Shown: positions 1 through 10,980 of the stretch, piece after piece | How the letters are laid out: every line of letters begins with the position of its first letter | How positions within the stretch are numbered: position 1 is the stretch's first letter | DNA from: Alphaproteobacteria bacterium | GTDB lineage: Bacteria; Pseudomonadota; Alphaproteobacteria; UBA7985 | DNA: 64,000 nt | Assembly: GCA_049612785.1 (NCBI GenBank) | Contig: JBMZBW010000001.1 | Coordinates: forward strand, 7-64,006 | Direction of reading: 5' to 3' | The notes under the pieces: model-generated | Told to the model about the DNA's origin: nothing | Databases searched by the model: none | The model's input: only the letters and a program-made list of their open reading frames with translations | Program-made: the position numbers and the translations under genes

Positions 1-28
1 AAACTTTACCGTTCACAAAGCATCTGAC

Positions 29-80
29 CAGTCCCCGAAAGAACCAGTCCTCTTCATTTCGTCAGTCCCCGAAAGAACCA
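29..80. repeat. 18-bp perfect direct repeat cagtccccgaaagaacca, two copies (29-46 and 63-80)
   Basis: Identical 18-mers read directly in the sequence. They lie about 500 bp upstream of the M23 peptidase gene, at the window edge. Confidence 0.6.
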
Positions 81-570
81 ACCGAATTGACGTAACAATT
101 TTATGCATTCCAACCCCCTAAAGGGTCAGATCATAACGTGTGTCAAAGATGCACTTGCCTACGCTTAAAGCTTCAGCTTCCTCAGACCATTATAGCCCCA
201 AAACCAAAAACTCAGCGCCAGCCGCGCATCCTCTCTTTTTTTCTTAACCAACAATGTCAAAGAACAGTCCGGAGCCGCCGATGCGTTTCGTTTGAAGCGC
301 TGTGTGCGCCGGAAGTGAGCGGGGTTTACGCCCCTGCTTCGGGCTTGTCAAAGGCCAAAATCAAAAAGTTCAAGGCGTGATCGCAGGGGCAGACAGCAGC
401 CTTTTGCAAGGCTTGTTAAATAAAGGACCAACATGAGAACATCGGAAAATTATGCGGTCCTCAATTGAGCTTTTTTTCGTTTGGCCCTATTCAAGTCACA
501 GAAGTGTGGATAAAGCCCTTTCCCAAAGGGACTTGGATCAATGTGCACGACAGGTACGGCGAGTACTTAG

Positions 571-2052
571 GTGCAGCGACAAGGGGACGGTGTCTTGAAA
601 GCCATAGCGCTCGCAGGATCTGTTTTGCTTATATCTTTTTGCGCCGTTCGTGCGGCTCATGCGGACTGGATTTCCACCATGGTCCGATATGAGCGCAATT
701 TGAGCGCGGCCAATGATATGGCCGTGGGCGGTGCCGTTGCTCAGGAGCCCGTTGTTCGGAGAGGCTTTGATTTCAGCTTCCTGACGCGTCGTGTTCAAGG
801 CAAAAAATCGCTCTCCAGAATTCGTGAGCCTCTCAATGAAAACGATCTGATGGTTACGGATCGTCACGTTGGCATGGACATGAATGCGGAAATGCGTGCG
901 GTTGAGCGCCCGGCCATTCTGGAATTGCGGAAATACGCGACAATCGAGAGTGGCGATAACCTGGTTAAGATCCTCAATAAACAGGGTTTGGCACGGACTG
1001 ACGTCAATGCCATCAACAAGGCTGTCAGTCAGGTCTTTGACCTCCGCAAGCTCATGCCCGGTTGGCCCGTTTCGCTTAACTTGGATGCCTCGGTAGAGCC
1101 GGGTGCACCCGGACGCCTGATCTCTCTGCACTTTGAGCCGTCTGAAGATGTAACCGTCTCGGTAGAGCGCACGCCCACCGGGTTTGCGGCTCATCGCGAC
1201 GAGACGGTCTATATAGAGAAGCTGATGGTCGCTTCTGGCACCATTCGTCAGGGGTTCTGGAAAGATGCCAAGGCGATGGGTCTTCCGGACCGAATTGTCG
1301 CCAATGCCATCCAAACCCATCGCTGCGTGACAGACTTCAATAAAGACATCCAAATCGGCGACAAGTTCAGTATTCTGTTCGATGCACGCCTGACGGAAGA
1401 TGGGCGGATCGTGGATTCACAGAAGATCCACTACGTGTCATTCGAAACCCGCGGCGGGAAGCGCGAAGTCTTCCGCTTTGAGCAGAAAAACTCAACCGGA
1501 TATTATGATCGCGATGCCAAGCAAAGCTGCGCGACATCTTTCTCCCTGATGCGGGCGCCATTGGCGCGGCCTTATCGCATGAGCTCGCCGTTTAATCCCA
1601 AGCGCAAGCATCCAATCACCGGCAAGGTTCGCCCACACCGCGGCGTCGATTATGCGGCATCGAAGGGTACCAAGATCTTTGCTGCGGGTGATGGTGTGGT
1701 GATTGCCAAGCGGACTCATTCGGGTGGCTATGGCAAGCACGTGATCATTAAGCACAACGATATCTATCAGACGCTCTACGCCCACATGTCCCGGTTCCCG
1801 AAAAACCTTCGGGTCGGCTCGCGCGTCAAGCAAGGGCAGGTCGTTGGCTATGTCGGCACCACGGGTTCGTCGACGGGTAACCATCTGCACTTTGAGATCA
1901 AGAAGTATGGCAAGCAGATTGACCCTGTGAAATCCAAGCTTCCACGCGGTCAGAAACTCAGTGGAAGTGCTCGGAAATCCTTCCTGATTGTCCGAGACAA
2001 TACTCTGGGCATGATTTCTGGCGCTGAACCTGTCATCGCGCCAAAGGAATAA
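571..2052 (+). CDS. M23 family metallopeptidase with N-terminal signal peptide and extra domains
   Basis: C-terminal motifs HRGVDYAA...GGYGKHVIIKH...GTTGSSTGNHLHFEI are typical of LytM/M23 peptidases. There is a signal-like N-terminus. A TTG at 595 with an AAGGGGA ribosome-binding site 7 nt upstream is a plausible alternative start. Confidence 0.8.
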   Translation: MQRQGDGVLKAIALAGSVLLISFCAVRAAHADWISTMVRYERNLSAANDMAVGGAVAQEPVVRRGFDFSFLTRRVQGKKSLSRIREPLNENDLMVTDRHVGMDMNAEMRAVERPAILELRKYATIESGDNLVKILNKQGLARTDVNAINKAVSQVFDLRKLMPGWPVSLNLDASVEPGAPGRLISLHFEPSEDVTVSVERTPTGFAAHRDETVYIEKLMVASGTIRQGFWKDAKAMGLPDRIVANAIQTHRCVTDFNKDIQIGDKFSILFDARLTEDGRIVDSQKIHYVSFETRGGKREVFRFEQKNSTGYYDRDAKQSCATSFSLMRAPLARPYRMSSPFNPKRKHPITGKVRPHRGVDYAASKGTKIFAAGDGVVIAKRTHSGGYGKHVIIKHNDIYQTLYAHMSRFPKNLRVGSRVKQGQVVGYVGTTGSSTGNHLHFEIKKYGKQIDPVKSKLPRGQKLSGSARKSFLIVRDNTLGMISGAEPVIAPKE

Positions 2053-2059
2053 CGGAAAA

Positions 2060-2098
2060 GGGGAGCGCACCACTCAGGCAAGCTCCCCTTTTTTTGTT
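2060..2098 (+). terminator. Rho-independent terminator (GC hairpin plus T-run) between the peptidase gene and the convergent clpB
   Basis: ggggagc...gctcccc stem followed by tttttttgtttg. Confidence 0.5.
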
Positions 2099-2115
2099 TG
2101 CAAGTCGCGCCTTGT

Positions 2116-4722
2116 CTAGGCGACCAATTCTTCCTGCTTTTCGTGCGTGACCAGAATGGTTGAACCGACCTGGTCCACCACGACAGCGTCTCCGGCCTTC
2201 ACGCTGCCATCGAGCAGTTGGCGCGCCAGCTGATCTTGAACAACGCGTTGGATCACACGCTTCAGCGGTCGCGCGCCGTAGAGCGGATCGTAACCTTCCT
2301 GCGCCAGCCATTGTTTGGCGGCTTCGGTCCAGGTCATGTCGATGTCGCGACCATCCAGCCGCTTGGCCAGACCCTGCATCTGAATCTCAACGATGAGATC
2401 CATGACTTCGGGCGCTAAACGGTTGAAGAAAAGTATTTCATCCAGCCGGTTGAGGAACTCGGGGCGGAAGTTCTGCCGAACAATCTTCATCACCTCGGCT
2501 TGCACCACATCGTCTTCCGACGAGGCACCCGGCTCAGTTATCAGCTTAGCGCCAAGGTTCGAGGTCAGCACGATGATCGTGTTGCGGAAGTCAACCGTGC
2601 GGCCTTGACTGTCCGTCAAACGGCCATCGTCGAGGACCTGCAGCAGAATGTTGAAGATGTCCGGGTGAGCCTTCTCAACTTCATCAAACAGCACAACCTG
2701 ATAGGGCCGGCGGCGAATGGCTTCGGTCAGAATGCCGCCTTCGTCGTAACCCACATAGCCGGGAGGAGCGCCAATCAGTCGGCTGACAGCGTGTTTTTCC
2801 ATGTACTCCGACATATCCAGACGCAGCATGGCCGTATCATCGTCGAACAGGAAGGATGCAAGTGTTTTGACCAGCTCGGTCTTGCCCACGCCCGTCGGAC
2901 CAAGAAACAGGAAACTTCCCTGTGGCTTGTTGGGGTCGGAAAGGCCCGCGCGGGCGCGGCGGACGGCCTTGGAAATGGCTGTCACGGCCGCTTCTTGCCC
3001 GACCACACGTTTGGCCAATGCCTGCTCCATCTGCAGCAGTTTTTCCCGCTCACCTTCCAGCATCTTTTCAACCGGAATGCCGGTCCACTGGGCGACGACG
3101 CGGGCGACATGGTCCGTGCCAACAACTTCCCGGACTTGCGCGGTATCCAGTTCGTCAAAGCTCTTCAGCTTTTCTTCCAATGTCGGAATGGTGCCGTATT
3201 GCAGCTCCCCGGCACTGCCCAGATCGCCGGTTCGTTTGGCGATTTCCAGCGCGGTCCGTGCTTCGTCCAGTTCTTCCTTGATGGCCTGGGCCTCGGCGAG
3301 TTTTGCCTTGTCCGCGTTCCACTCCGCCGACATGTCCTCAGACTGCTTTTCCAGGTCAGCCAGCTCTTCCCGCAGCAGCTTGAGCCGCTCTTTGGAGCCT
3401 TCGTCGCCTTCCTTTTCCAGCGCGAACTGTTCCATCTTCAGCATATCAATCCGTCGGTCGATCTCGTCCAGCGCGGCGGGTTTTGTGTCCACCTCCATGC
3501 GGAGCTGAGCTGAAGCCTCGTCCATCAGGTCGATGGCTTTGTCAGGCAGGAAGCGGTCAGTGATGTAGCGGTCGGACAGCTGTACGGCAGCGACCAATGA
3601 CGCGTCCGAAATCCGTACCCCATGATGGGTTTCGTACTTGCCCTTGATGCCGCGGAGGATCGACAGCGTTTCCTCGGTCCCCGGTTCATCGATGTAAACG
3701 GGCTGAAAGCGCCGGGCCAAAGCGGGATCTTTCTCGATGTACTCGCGGTATTCGTCCAGCGTCGTCGCACCAACGCAGCGCAGTTCACCGCGCGCCAGTG
3801 CAGGCTTGAGCATGTTTGACGCGTCCATAGCCCCATCGGTTTTACCCGCGCCGACGAGCGTATGAAGTTCGTCGATGAATAGGATGATGGATCCGTTCGC
3901 CGCTTCGACATCTTTCAAAACCGCTTTGAGCCGTTCTTCGAACTCACCACGATACTTTGAACCGGCAATCAACGCGCCCAGGTCCAGCACAAGCAAACGC
4001 TTGCCGCTGATGCTTTGCGGCACGTCATCGTTGATGATGCGCAGTGCGAGACCTTCCACGATGGCCGTTTTGCCCACGCCGGGTTCCCCGATCATGACCG
4101 GATTGTTCTTCGTTCGCCGCGAAAGAACCTGCACGGCGCGGCGAATTTCGTCTTCGCGGCCAATCACAGGGTCCAGTCGGCCTTCAGCCGCATCGGCGGT
4201 CAGGTCGCGGGTATACTTTTCCAGGGCTTCAAAACCGTCTTCGGCCGCCGCGCTTTCTGCGGTTTTGCCTTTGCGCACGGACTCAATGGCAGCAGCCATT
4301 TTCGTGGCATCCGCACCGGCCCCGCGGAATGCTTTTCCAGCGGGGGAGTCTTTGCTCTCAATAACGGCCTGCAGCAGGCGATCTGTCGTAACGAATTGGT
4401 CACCCGCTTCGCTGGCCAGCTTTTGAGCGCGCGTAACGACTGCGCCCATTTCTTTGTTCAAAAAGACCTGTTCCGCCCCGCCGCCAGAAACCTTTGGCAT
4501 GCTGGAAAGATCAGATGTCAGGGCTGATTTTACGGGTTCAGCCTCTACACCAGCAATGCTCAATAGACGAGGAACCAAGCCGGTTTCGTCGTCAAGCAGG
4601 CTCAGGGCGAGGTGGGTGGGGGTTATAAATTGGTGGCTTTGTTCAGCAGCCAATCCCTGCGCCGATTGCAGAATCGTGCGCGCACGCTCGGTAAAGCGAG
4701 AAATATCCATATCAGTCTCCAA
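2116..4722 (-). CDS. clpB: ATP-dependent chaperone ClpB
   Basis: 868 aa with two AAA+ modules (GEPGVGKT and GPTGVGKT Walker A motifs), a Clp N-domain and a long coiled-coil middle domain. Confidence 0.95.
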   Translation of the reverse strand: METDMDISRFTERARTILQSAQGLAAEQSHQFITPTHLALSLLDDETGLVPRLLSIAGVEAEPVKSALTSDLSSMPKVSGGGAEQVFLNKEMGAVVTRAQKLASEAGDQFVTTDRLLQAVIESKDSPAGKAFRGAGADATKMAAAIESVRKGKTAESAAAEDGFEALEKYTRDLTADAAEGRLDPVIGREDEIRRAVQVLSRRTKNNPVMIGEPGVGKTAIVEGLALRIINDDVPQSISGKRLLVLDLGALIAGSKYRGEFEERLKAVLKDVEAANGSIILFIDELHTLVGAGKTDGAMDASNMLKPALARGELRCVGATTLDEYREYIEKDPALARRFQPVYIDEPGTEETLSILRGIKGKYETHHGVRISDASLVAAVQLSDRYITDRFLPDKAIDLMDEASAQLRMEVDTKPAALDEIDRRIDMLKMEQFALEKEGDEGSKERLKLLREELADLEKQSEDMSAEWNADKAKLAEAQAIKEELDEARTALEIAKRTGDLGSAGELQYGTIPTLEEKLKSFDELDTAQVREVVGTDHVARVVAQWTGIPVEKMLEGEREKLLQMEQALAKRVVGQEAAVTAISKAVRRARAGLSDPNKPQGSFLFLGPTGVGKTELVKTLASFLFDDDTAMLRLDMSEYMEKHAVSRLIGAPPGYVGYDEGGILTEAIRRRPYQVVLFDEVEKAHPDIFNILLQVLDDGRLTDSQGRTVDFRNTIIVLTSNLGAKLITEPGASSEDDVVQAEVMKIVRQNFRPEFLNRLDEILFFNRLAPEVMDLIVEIQMQGLAKRLDGRDIDMTWTEAAKQWLAQEGYDPLYGARPLKRVIQRVVQDQLARQLLDGSVKAGDAVVVDQVGSTILVTHEKQEELVA

Positions 4723-4802
4723 AATCCGGCCAAAGCACCTGAGTTCAGCGTGGTCTGGCTTGGGTTGAGGCCGCGCCCGCTATGCGGCGCGCGGTATGAC
4801 TC

Positions 4803-4836
4803 GGATATGGGAAATCTTGCAGCCTACGCAAGGGTC
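4803..4836 (-). promoter_or_regulatory. putative RpoH (sigma-32) heat-shock promoter for clpB
   Basis: On the minus strand: CTTGCG, then 17 nt, then CCCATATCC, about 80-110 nt upstream of the clpB ATG. This resembles the CTTG-N17-CCCCATNT heat-shock consensus. Confidence 0.3.
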
Positions 4837-4848
4837 AGGGGCGGTTTC

Positions 4849-5544
4849 TCAGGCTTCGGACTCGTCGGTCTCGTCCATTGGCGGTGGGGCTGGCACTGGC
4901 TTGGGTGCCCGGCTTTCGACAATGGCTTCCCCTTCTGGAGCTTCCATGCCCGCGTGGAACAGAGGAATGTCCGGTTGATCCTGCTCTGAGGGGTCAACTT
5001 GCGCTGAGTCACCGGCTGAACCCGCATTACCCTGCTGGGTGCGTGGTTTCCGCTCGCGACGCTGGCGGCGGTCCTCGCGGTCACCTTTTTCGCCACGTTC
5101 GCCCCGGTCGCGGTTGCGTTCTCGACGATCTCGGCGGTCATTGCCACCTTCGCCGCCTTCGGAGTCCTCGCGGGCCTGCTGTTCACTGCGTTCCTGCGGT
5201 TCCGGCATATCGGGACGGAAAATCAGGGGATCTTCAAGCGCCTCAGGCGGGAACTGGTCCTTTGGGTTGCCGCCACCACGCCGATTGCCACCGCCCATGA
5301 CTGTCGCAGCCAGATGCAGGCGCAGATAGTGCTCAGCGAACTGGTAGTAGGCTTCAGCCTGAATGTGGTTCCCGGCTGCTGTCGCTTCGCGTGCAAGTGC
5401 AGAGTATTTGTCATAGACCTGATGCGCATTTCCGCGAACGCGAACGTCCGGGCCATTGGAATCAAAAACCTGATTCCGAGTGGGGATCGCACCCTGCTTC
5501 TGTTGCTTTGGCTGACGCCCACGGCGATTATTGCCCTGCCTCAT
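4849..5544 (-). CDS. DUF4167 domain protein with Arg/Asp/Glu-rich low-complexity C-terminus
   Basis: The N-terminus MRQGNNRRGR...QVYDKYSALAREA...AEAYYQFAEHY matches the conserved DUF4167 pattern of alphaproteobacteria. The start was moved to the internal ATG at 5544, which has an AAGGAAA ribosome-binding site. Confidence 0.6.
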   Translation of the reverse strand: MRQGNNRRGRQPKQQKQGAIPTRNQVFDSNGPDVRVRGNAHQVYDKYSALAREATAAGNHIQAEAYYQFAEHYLRLHLAATVMGGGNRRGGGNPKDQFPPEALEDPLIFRPDMPEPQERSEQQAREDSEGGEGGNDRRDRRERNRDRGERGEKGDREDRRQRRERKPRTQQGNAGSAGDSAQVDPSEQDQPDIPLFHAGMEAPEGEAIVESRAPKPVPAPPPMDETDESEA

Positions 5545-5740
5545 GTCGTTTCCTTTGCCCTCAGGCGGAAGTGGTATTGAACGTTTGACGGTCCGGGGGG
5601 TTATGGGAAAACCGCGCGGGAGATCTGTCATCCGAAGCGAGACCGAGAGCCAGCGACCAAACCGCTCGCTCCCAAAGCTTTGGGCTCGCAATTAGCCGGA
5701 ACCTAGACTTTGCGCGCCAGATTTCCAAGCGAAAAAGCCA

Positions 5741-6589
5741 CTACGGATGAGCGACGAACACCAGCGCACGGGGAATACCGGCGAGGTCGTTTCGCTGCGC
5801 GCGCAGGGTCCAGCCGAATGCGTTTGCGATTTCAATCACAGCCTTGGTTTGACCAATCCCAAGTTCAAGCGCCAGAAAACCACCTTCATTGAGAAATCGA
5901 CCCGCGTTTTTCAGGGTATCCCGATAGAAGTCCAAACCATCCGCTCCGCCATCCAGCGCGCGAAGATCGTCATAGTCGCGGACATTCCGATCCAGATGAT
6001 CGAGGTCTGGGGTTGGTATGTAAGGGGGGTTGGAAGCAATGAGGTCAAAACGGGCGTCGACGCCGCTGAACCAATCGCCGACAACAAACCGGGCTCGATC
6101 CTGAAGTCCAAGGGCCTGAGCATTGGACCGCGCTGTTTCGATTGTTTTGCTGTCCTGGTCGATCCCAAGACCATGGGCCGAGTTCAACTCGCTCAGGAGT
6201 GCCAAAAGTATGGCGCCGGAACCCGTGCCAAGGTCCAGAATGGTTTTGGGGGCGGGGTTGCCACAGGTTTCGATGACCAGTTCAACCAGCGTCTCCGTAT
6301 CGGCGCGCGGGTCAAGCGTTGCCCCGCGAATATCCAGCTCTAACCCCCAGAACTCCCGACGTCCCAAAATGCGCGACAGTGGCTCGTCTGCCAGACGTCG
6401 AGCGATCAGGCTGCTGAGAACTTCGAACTGTTCGCGGGTCAGAAGGGCATCAGGCTCGGAAATCTGCTGAACCGTGTCCCACCCACAGGCAAACTCCACC
6501 AGCCGGCGCGCTTCGGTCCGCGGTTGTTCGGCCACTTCATGCAGCGCTTTGGTGGCGTCGGTGAGCCAGGCTTCCAAGCGAAGCAACAA
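5741..6589 (-). CDS. prmC: release factor glutamine N5-methyltransferase PrmC/HemK
   Basis: NPPY motif (IASNPPYIPT) and a SAM motif (LDLGTGSGAI). It sits immediately downstream of prfA. Confidence 0.85.
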   Translation of the reverse strand: MLLRLEAWLTDATKALHEVAEQPRTEARRLVEFACGWDTVQQISEPDALLTREQFEVLSSLIARRLADEPLSRILGRREFWGLELDIRGATLDPRADTETLVELVIETCGNPAPKTILDLGTGSGAILLALLSELNSAHGLGIDQDSKTIETARSNAQALGLQDRARFVVGDWFSGVDARFDLIASNPPYIPTPDLDHLDRNVRDYDDLRALDGGADGLDFYRDTLKNAGRFLNEGGFLALELGIGQTKAVIEIANAFGWTLRAQRNDLAGIPRALVFVAHP

Positions 6590-6593
6590 GGCT

Positions 6594-7670
6594 TTATTCG
6601 CCCAGTTCCGCCAGACGTGCGGCCTGGTCTTCTGCGGTCAAAGCTTCGATCACTTCCCCCAGACCGTCACCGGCTACGATCCTGTCCAGCTTATGCAGGG
6701 TCAGATTGATGCGGTGATCTGAAACCCGGCCCTGCGGGTAGTTGTAAGTCCGGATCCGCTCCGAGCGGTCACCGCTTCCGACTTGGCCCTTACGATTGGC
6801 TGCGCGCTCAGCATCGGCTTCATCCCGTGCTTTCTCATACAGACGCGCGCGCAGGACCCGCATGGCTTCTTCACGGTTGCGGTGCTGTGACTTCTGGCTT
6901 TGCGTGACGATGATCCCGGTCGGAAGGTGGGTAATCCGGACCGCTGAGTCCGTGGTGTTCACGTGCTGACCACCGGCGCCAGAGGCTCGCATGGTGTCGA
7001 TGCGAATGTCTTCGGCCTTGATCTCAATATCGACTTCTTCGGCTTCGGGCAGCACGGCCACTGTTGCCGCTGACGTATGAATGCGACCACCGGACTCAGT
7101 GGCTGGAACACGCTGGACCCTATGCACGCCCGATTCAAACTTGAGTGACGCGAAAACATTGGTGCCGTTAATGCGCGCAGAAACTTCTTTCAGCCCGCCC
7201 ACGTCGTTTTCGCTCATCTCCAGGATCTCGAACTTCCACCCCTGCAGCTCGCAAAACCGTCGGTACATTGCCAGCAAATCCCCGGCGAACAAGCCGGCTT
7301 CATCGCCACCAGTACCGGGTCGAATTTCGAGGATGGCGTTTCGGCTGTCTGCTTCGTCGCGGGGCAGCAGCAGGACCTTCATCCTCTGCTCCGTCGCTTC
7401 GATTTCGTCCTTGAGCGCGCGGGCTTCCTCCTCAGCCATGGCGCGCATTTCTGCGTCATCTTCGCTGGCAGCGAGGGCCTCAGCGTCGTCAAGATCCTGC
7501 ACGGCCTTCTGAAAAGCGCGCATTTCTTCCACCACAGGGCTCATTTCCGAGTATTCGCGGGTGAGCTTGGTGTAGTCCGCGCTTCCAGGTTCGGGATGAT
7601 CGGCGAGAAGGGCTTGAATTTCCTCGTGCCGCCGAACAACGGTTTCGAGTTTGGAGACCAATGAACTCAT
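6594..7670 (-). CDS. prfA: peptide chain release factor 1
   Basis: [20 protein letters not shown] motif and a PxT-type release-factor fold. 358 aa. Confidence 0.95.
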   Translation of the reverse strand: MSSLVSKLETVVRRHEEIQALLADHPEPGSADYTKLTREYSEMSPVVEEMRAFQKAVQDLDDAEALAASEDDAEMRAMAEEEARALKDEIEATEQRMKVLLLPRDEADSRNAILEIRPGTGGDEAGLFAGDLLAMYRRFCELQGWKFEILEMSENDVGGLKEVSARINGTNVFASLKFESGVHRVQRVPATESGGRIHTSAATVAVLPEAEEVDIEIKAEDIRIDTMRASGAGGQHVNTTDSAVRITHLPTGIIVTQSQKSQHRNREEAMRVLRARLYEKARDEADAERAANRKGQVGSGDRSERIRTYNYPQGRVSDHRINLTLHKLDRIVAGDGLGEVIEALTAEDQAARLAELGE

Positions 7671-8908
7671 GCGCTCATTTCCTCAACCAAAGATGAAAGC
7701 GGCACTTCGCGCTGTTCACCGCCCTCCATGTCACGCACCAATGCAATCCCGGCCTTCAGCTCGTCCTCGCCCAAAATGACCGTTTGCTTTGCCCCAACCT
7801 TGTTGGCGCGGGTCAGGCGCTTCTTCATGTTACCGCTGTAGTTCATATCCACCTGAACGCCATTTGCGCGCAGCTCAAACACCAGCTTTTGAGCCACGAT
7901 CTCAGCTTCTTCGCCTAAAGGGACAAAAGCCACCGGTGCCGGTTCAGCGGGCGCTTCGCCCAGCAGCATGGCCAGTCGGTCTACGCCCGCTGCCCAACCA
8001 ACGCCCGCCATCTGTGGCCCGCCAAGCAACTTGGACAAGCCGTCATAGCGCCCGCCGCCCAGTACTGTACCCTGCGCGCCGAGTTGCTCGGTGATGAATT
8101 CAAAAGCGGTGTGACAGTAATAGTCAAAGCCCCGCACCAAATTGTCATCGTGCTTGTAGGGCAGGCCAAGGTTATCGAGACCGGCTTTGACCGTGGCGTA
8201 ATGATCCTGGGAAACAGCGTTCAGATGATCGACGAACTTGGGTGCATTCGGCAGCAACGCCCGGTCGCCTTCGTCCTTGCTGTCCAGAATGCGCAAAGGG
8301 TTTTTCTCAAGTCGTGCGAGCGAGTCTTCGCTGAGTTTGTCGCGATGGTCACTGAAATAGGCAACCAGCTCGCTGCGGTACGCGTTCCGACTTTCGGTAT
8401 CGCCGAGCGTATTGAGGTGAACCGTGATGTGATCCGTCAGACCCAGATCGCTCAGGATCTGCCAGCCACAGGCAATGACATCGACATCTGCTGTGGGTTG
8501 TTCCGGCCCAATCAGCTCAACACCAATTTGCGTGAACTGCCGATACCGACCCGCCTGGGGCCGTTCATAGCGGAACATCGGGCCCGCGTAGAAATACCGT
8601 CCGGGCAAATCGTGGGTCAGGCCGTTTGAGATGACCGAACGCACGACCCCGGCGGTGTTTTCAGGGCGCAAGACCACGTGATCCCCGCCTTTGGTCTGGA
8701 AATCGAACATCTCTTTGGTGACAACATCGGAGGATTCACCCAGAGGCCGGTTGAAGACTTCAACCTGCTCAAACATCGGGGTTTCCATGCGGTCGTACCC
8801 GTAGGAGCGCGAAACAGCATCAGCCGTATCGACCACATGACGATGGGCGCGACCCTCTGCGCCATAGAGGTCACGGGTGCCTTTTACCGGTTGCAGCTGT
8901 TTCGCCAT
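7667..8908 (-). CDS. hisS: histidine--tRNA ligase
   Basis: N-terminal KGTRD motif, class II motif 2 ([14 protein letters not shown]), and a C-terminal anticodon-binding domain. The latter argues against the HisZ paralog. Confidence 0.8.
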   Translation of the reverse strand: MAKQLQPVKGTRDLYGAEGRAHRHVVDTADAVSRSYGYDRMETPMFEQVEVFNRPLGESSDVVTKEMFDFQTKGGDHVVLRPENTAGVVRSVISNGLTHDLPGRYFYAGPMFRYERPQAGRYRQFTQIGVELIGPEQPTADVDVIACGWQILSDLGLTDHITVHLNTLGDTESRNAYRSELVAYFSDHRDKLSEDSLARLEKNPLRILDSKDEGDRALLPNAPKFVDHLNAVSQDHYATVKAGLDNLGLPYKHDDNLVRGFDYYCHTAFEFITEQLGAQGTVLGGGRYDGLSKLLGGPQMAGVGWAAGVDRLAMLLGEAPAEPAPVAFVPLGEEAEIVAQKLVFELRANGVQVDMNYSGNMKKRLTRANKVGAKQTVILGEDELKAGIALVRDMEGGEQREVPLSSLVEEMSA

Positions 8909-9003
8909 GTCTCAAATCTCAGTTTGTTGTCTCGCCAACAAGTAGGGGACAGGGCTTGTCCATGGCAAGACCAATGCTGAGACGACAGCCTTGTCTGGAA
9001 GTC

Positions 9004-10110
9004 TTAGTAGAGCGCTACGGCTTCTGCGTCAGGATTGGAGAACGGGAGCAGGTACTCGCGGTTCAGGGGCCAGACAACAGGTTGGTTGCGGTCGGGAACT
9101 TCTGGCTCAGCCATTTCGTCACCGACGAAGATTTCGAGGTTTCGAGGCGCAACCGTAAAGAGACGCAGACCGTCCTGGTGTGTGACAGACAGTTCGTCAT
9201 CACGCTGCAGCATGCGGGACGCAATGATGTTGTCCTGATAATCCCGCACCTGAACCCATACGAGGTCTACCGCCACCAGACGGTACCGAACCGTTGTATC
9301 GATTTCAGGATCGTCTTCGCGACTTGGCGCGACGGCGACTTCCCGGACTTTTGGAATTGGAACACCAAAGACGTTCTCAGCAACCGGCGCTTGGTAGCGG
9401 GGATCAAGGTCGCCCTCAGTACCAGACTGAATGACCACAACTTCCTGACCTTCTGGAACGTCACGAAGAACCGGCTGAACGGGCAATTCTCTGCCTTCGA
9501 TTTCCAACACCCGCTTGGCCGTTGGATCAGAGGCCGTAACGCCGTACAGGAACGTATCAGCCACAACAGCGTTTTCGTTGCCCAGGTTTGCTGTGGCGAC
9601 GTTTCGATCATCACTGGCAACCACGGTCCACAGGGTCCAGCTCGACATCAGGCCAACCACAGCCAGCAAAGCAAAGACAAAACGGCTGACGGTTGAATCA
9701 TTGCGAGCGCTGGTGTGCGCCATGGCAAGTTTCTGCGGAACCGGCGGAGCCTGCAGGTCGTCGATTTCCTCGCGGAAGCGCGCAACCATGTCTTCAACCG
9801 GCAAGCCCAGATACTTGGCGTAGGAGCGGACGAAACCAATGGCGTAGGGCCGAGCTGGCAATTCGTCGTACCGACCATCTTCGAGCATGCCCAGATAGTG
9901 CGGGCGGATGCGCAGGTGTTCGGAGACTTCTGGCAGGTCGAGGCCGTAAGCTTCGCGGTAAGCTTTCAGGATGGCAGCGAGCGGATACGCCTGCCACTCA
10001 TTGGGGTCGTAGTCAAAACGCACAGGTGCGTCAGTCCAGTCATCCACGGCAACGTGGATGTCAGATGATGCCGTTCCCTGTCGGTCCCAATAGTCCAATG
10101 AAAACCCCAA
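9004..10110 (-). CDS. RodZ-like cytoskeleton protein (HTH_25 domain, transmembrane segment, DUF4115)
   Basis: HTH segment AAILKAYREAYGLDLPEVSEHLRIRPHYLGMLEDGRYDELPARPYAIGFVRSYAKYLGL, followed by a transmembrane helix and a C-terminal domain. The true start may lie downstream of the ORF start. Confidence 0.6.
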   Translation of the reverse strand: MGFSLDYWDRQGTASSDIHVAVDDWTDAPVRFDYDPNEWQAYPLAAILKAYREAYGLDLPEVSEHLRIRPHYLGMLEDGRYDELPARPYAIGFVRSYAKYLGLPVEDMVARFREEIDDLQAPPVPQKLAMAHTSARNDSTVSRFVFALLAVVGLMSSWTLWTVVASDDRNVATANLGNENAVVADTFLYGVTASDPTAKRVLEIEGRELPVQPVLRDVPEGQEVVVIQSGTEGDLDPRYQAPVAENVFGVPIPKVREVAVAPSREDDPEIDTTVRYRLVAVDLVWVQVRDYQDNIIASRMLQRDDELSVTHQDGLRLFTVAPRNLEIFVGDEMAEPEVPDRNQPVVWPLNREYLLPFSNPDAEAVALY

Positions 10111-10253
10111 TTTTCTTAAATTCCCGAGCCTGCGTTTGCGGTTTCAGCTCGGTTTAATTCGCGTGCGCAAATTACAGTCAGCCTGAGGCAAAAACAAGGC
10201 GAGTCGCCAGAGGGCGCATAAACTTTTTCGGATTCGCTTATTAATAGCGTAGA

Positions 10254-10616
10254 TCAAGAAGATGCTATCAATCCGGGCAGAGATTCACCACCTGCGATAT
10301 GTATGTGGAAGTGCGGCACTTCCTGATGCGCGTGTTTTCCGTGATTCGCAAGCAATCTGTAGCCCGACTCGGTCACCCCTTCGAGGGCCGCTACAGCCTG
10401 CACAGCTCGCATAAAACCGCCAATCTCAGCATCTGAGGCAGCGGTCGAAAAGTCATCAAAACTGACGTACTCACCCTTGGGAATGACGAGCGTATGCACC
10501 TTGGCTTGCGGGTTGATGTCACGGAACGCCAAAGCGAAGTCATCCTCGTAAACTTTATCACAAGGAATCTCGCCGCGCAGGATCTTCGCGAAGATGTTGT
10601 TGCTGTCGTAAGCCAT
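10254..10616 (-). CDS. HIT family (histidine triad) protein
   Basis: HVPHFHIHI histidine-triad motif. The start was trimmed to the ATG at 10616 (MAYDSNNIFAKIL), which has a GAGGAAG ribosome-binding site. Confidence 0.8.
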   Translation of the reverse strand: MAYDSNNIFAKILRGEIPCDKVYEDDFALAFRDINPQAKVHTLVIPKGEYVSFDDFSTAASDAEIGGFMRAVQAVAALEGVTESGYRLLANHGKHAHQEVPHFHIHIAGGESLPGLIASS

Positions 10617-10638
10617 GTTTTGCTTCCTCGTTTTCAGT

Positions 10639-10980
10639 CTACTTGAGCCGACCTGCGCGCTCTTCGAGTTCGGGCATTTTGTGCCGTTTGGCGAGCTCTT
10701 TCCAAACGTCTTTGGGGGCAATACCGCGGTCTTTCCACATCACCAGCATGAAGTAGAGCACATCGGCAGATTCTTCGATCAGGTGGCCCTTCCGCTTTGC
10801 AATGGCTTCGATCACTGTTTCGACAGCCTCCTCACCAAACTTCTGAGCGATTTTGGCCGTTCCGCGTTCGAACAGGCGGACGGTTCGACTGTCGGAGTTT
10901 TCGCCTTTCTTATATTCGGCGTGACGGTCTTCAATGGTCTTGAAAACACGGTCTAGAACTTCAGCGCTGTAGCTGCTCAT
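10639..10980 (-). CDS. hisE: phosphoribosyl-ATP pyrophosphatase
   Basis: 113 aa with a HisE-like alpha-helical MazG fold pattern ([19 protein letters not shown]). It overlaps hisF by 4 bp. Confidence 0.85.
   Translation of the reverse strand: MSSYSAEVLDRVFKTIEDRHAEYKKGENSDSRTVRLFERGTAKIAQKFGEEAVETVIEAIAKRKGHLIEESADVLYFMLVMWKDRGIAPKDVWKELAKRHKMPELEERAGRLK

Noticed and set aside
138-692. 80-aa and 75-aa ORFs upstream of and overlapping the peptidase start
   Set aside because: No ribosome-binding site, odd composition, and overlap with a better-supported gene.
2500-3513. 337-aa and 235-aa plus-strand ORFs inside clpB
   Set aside because: Antisense to a highly conserved gene. Typical high-GC shadow ORFs.
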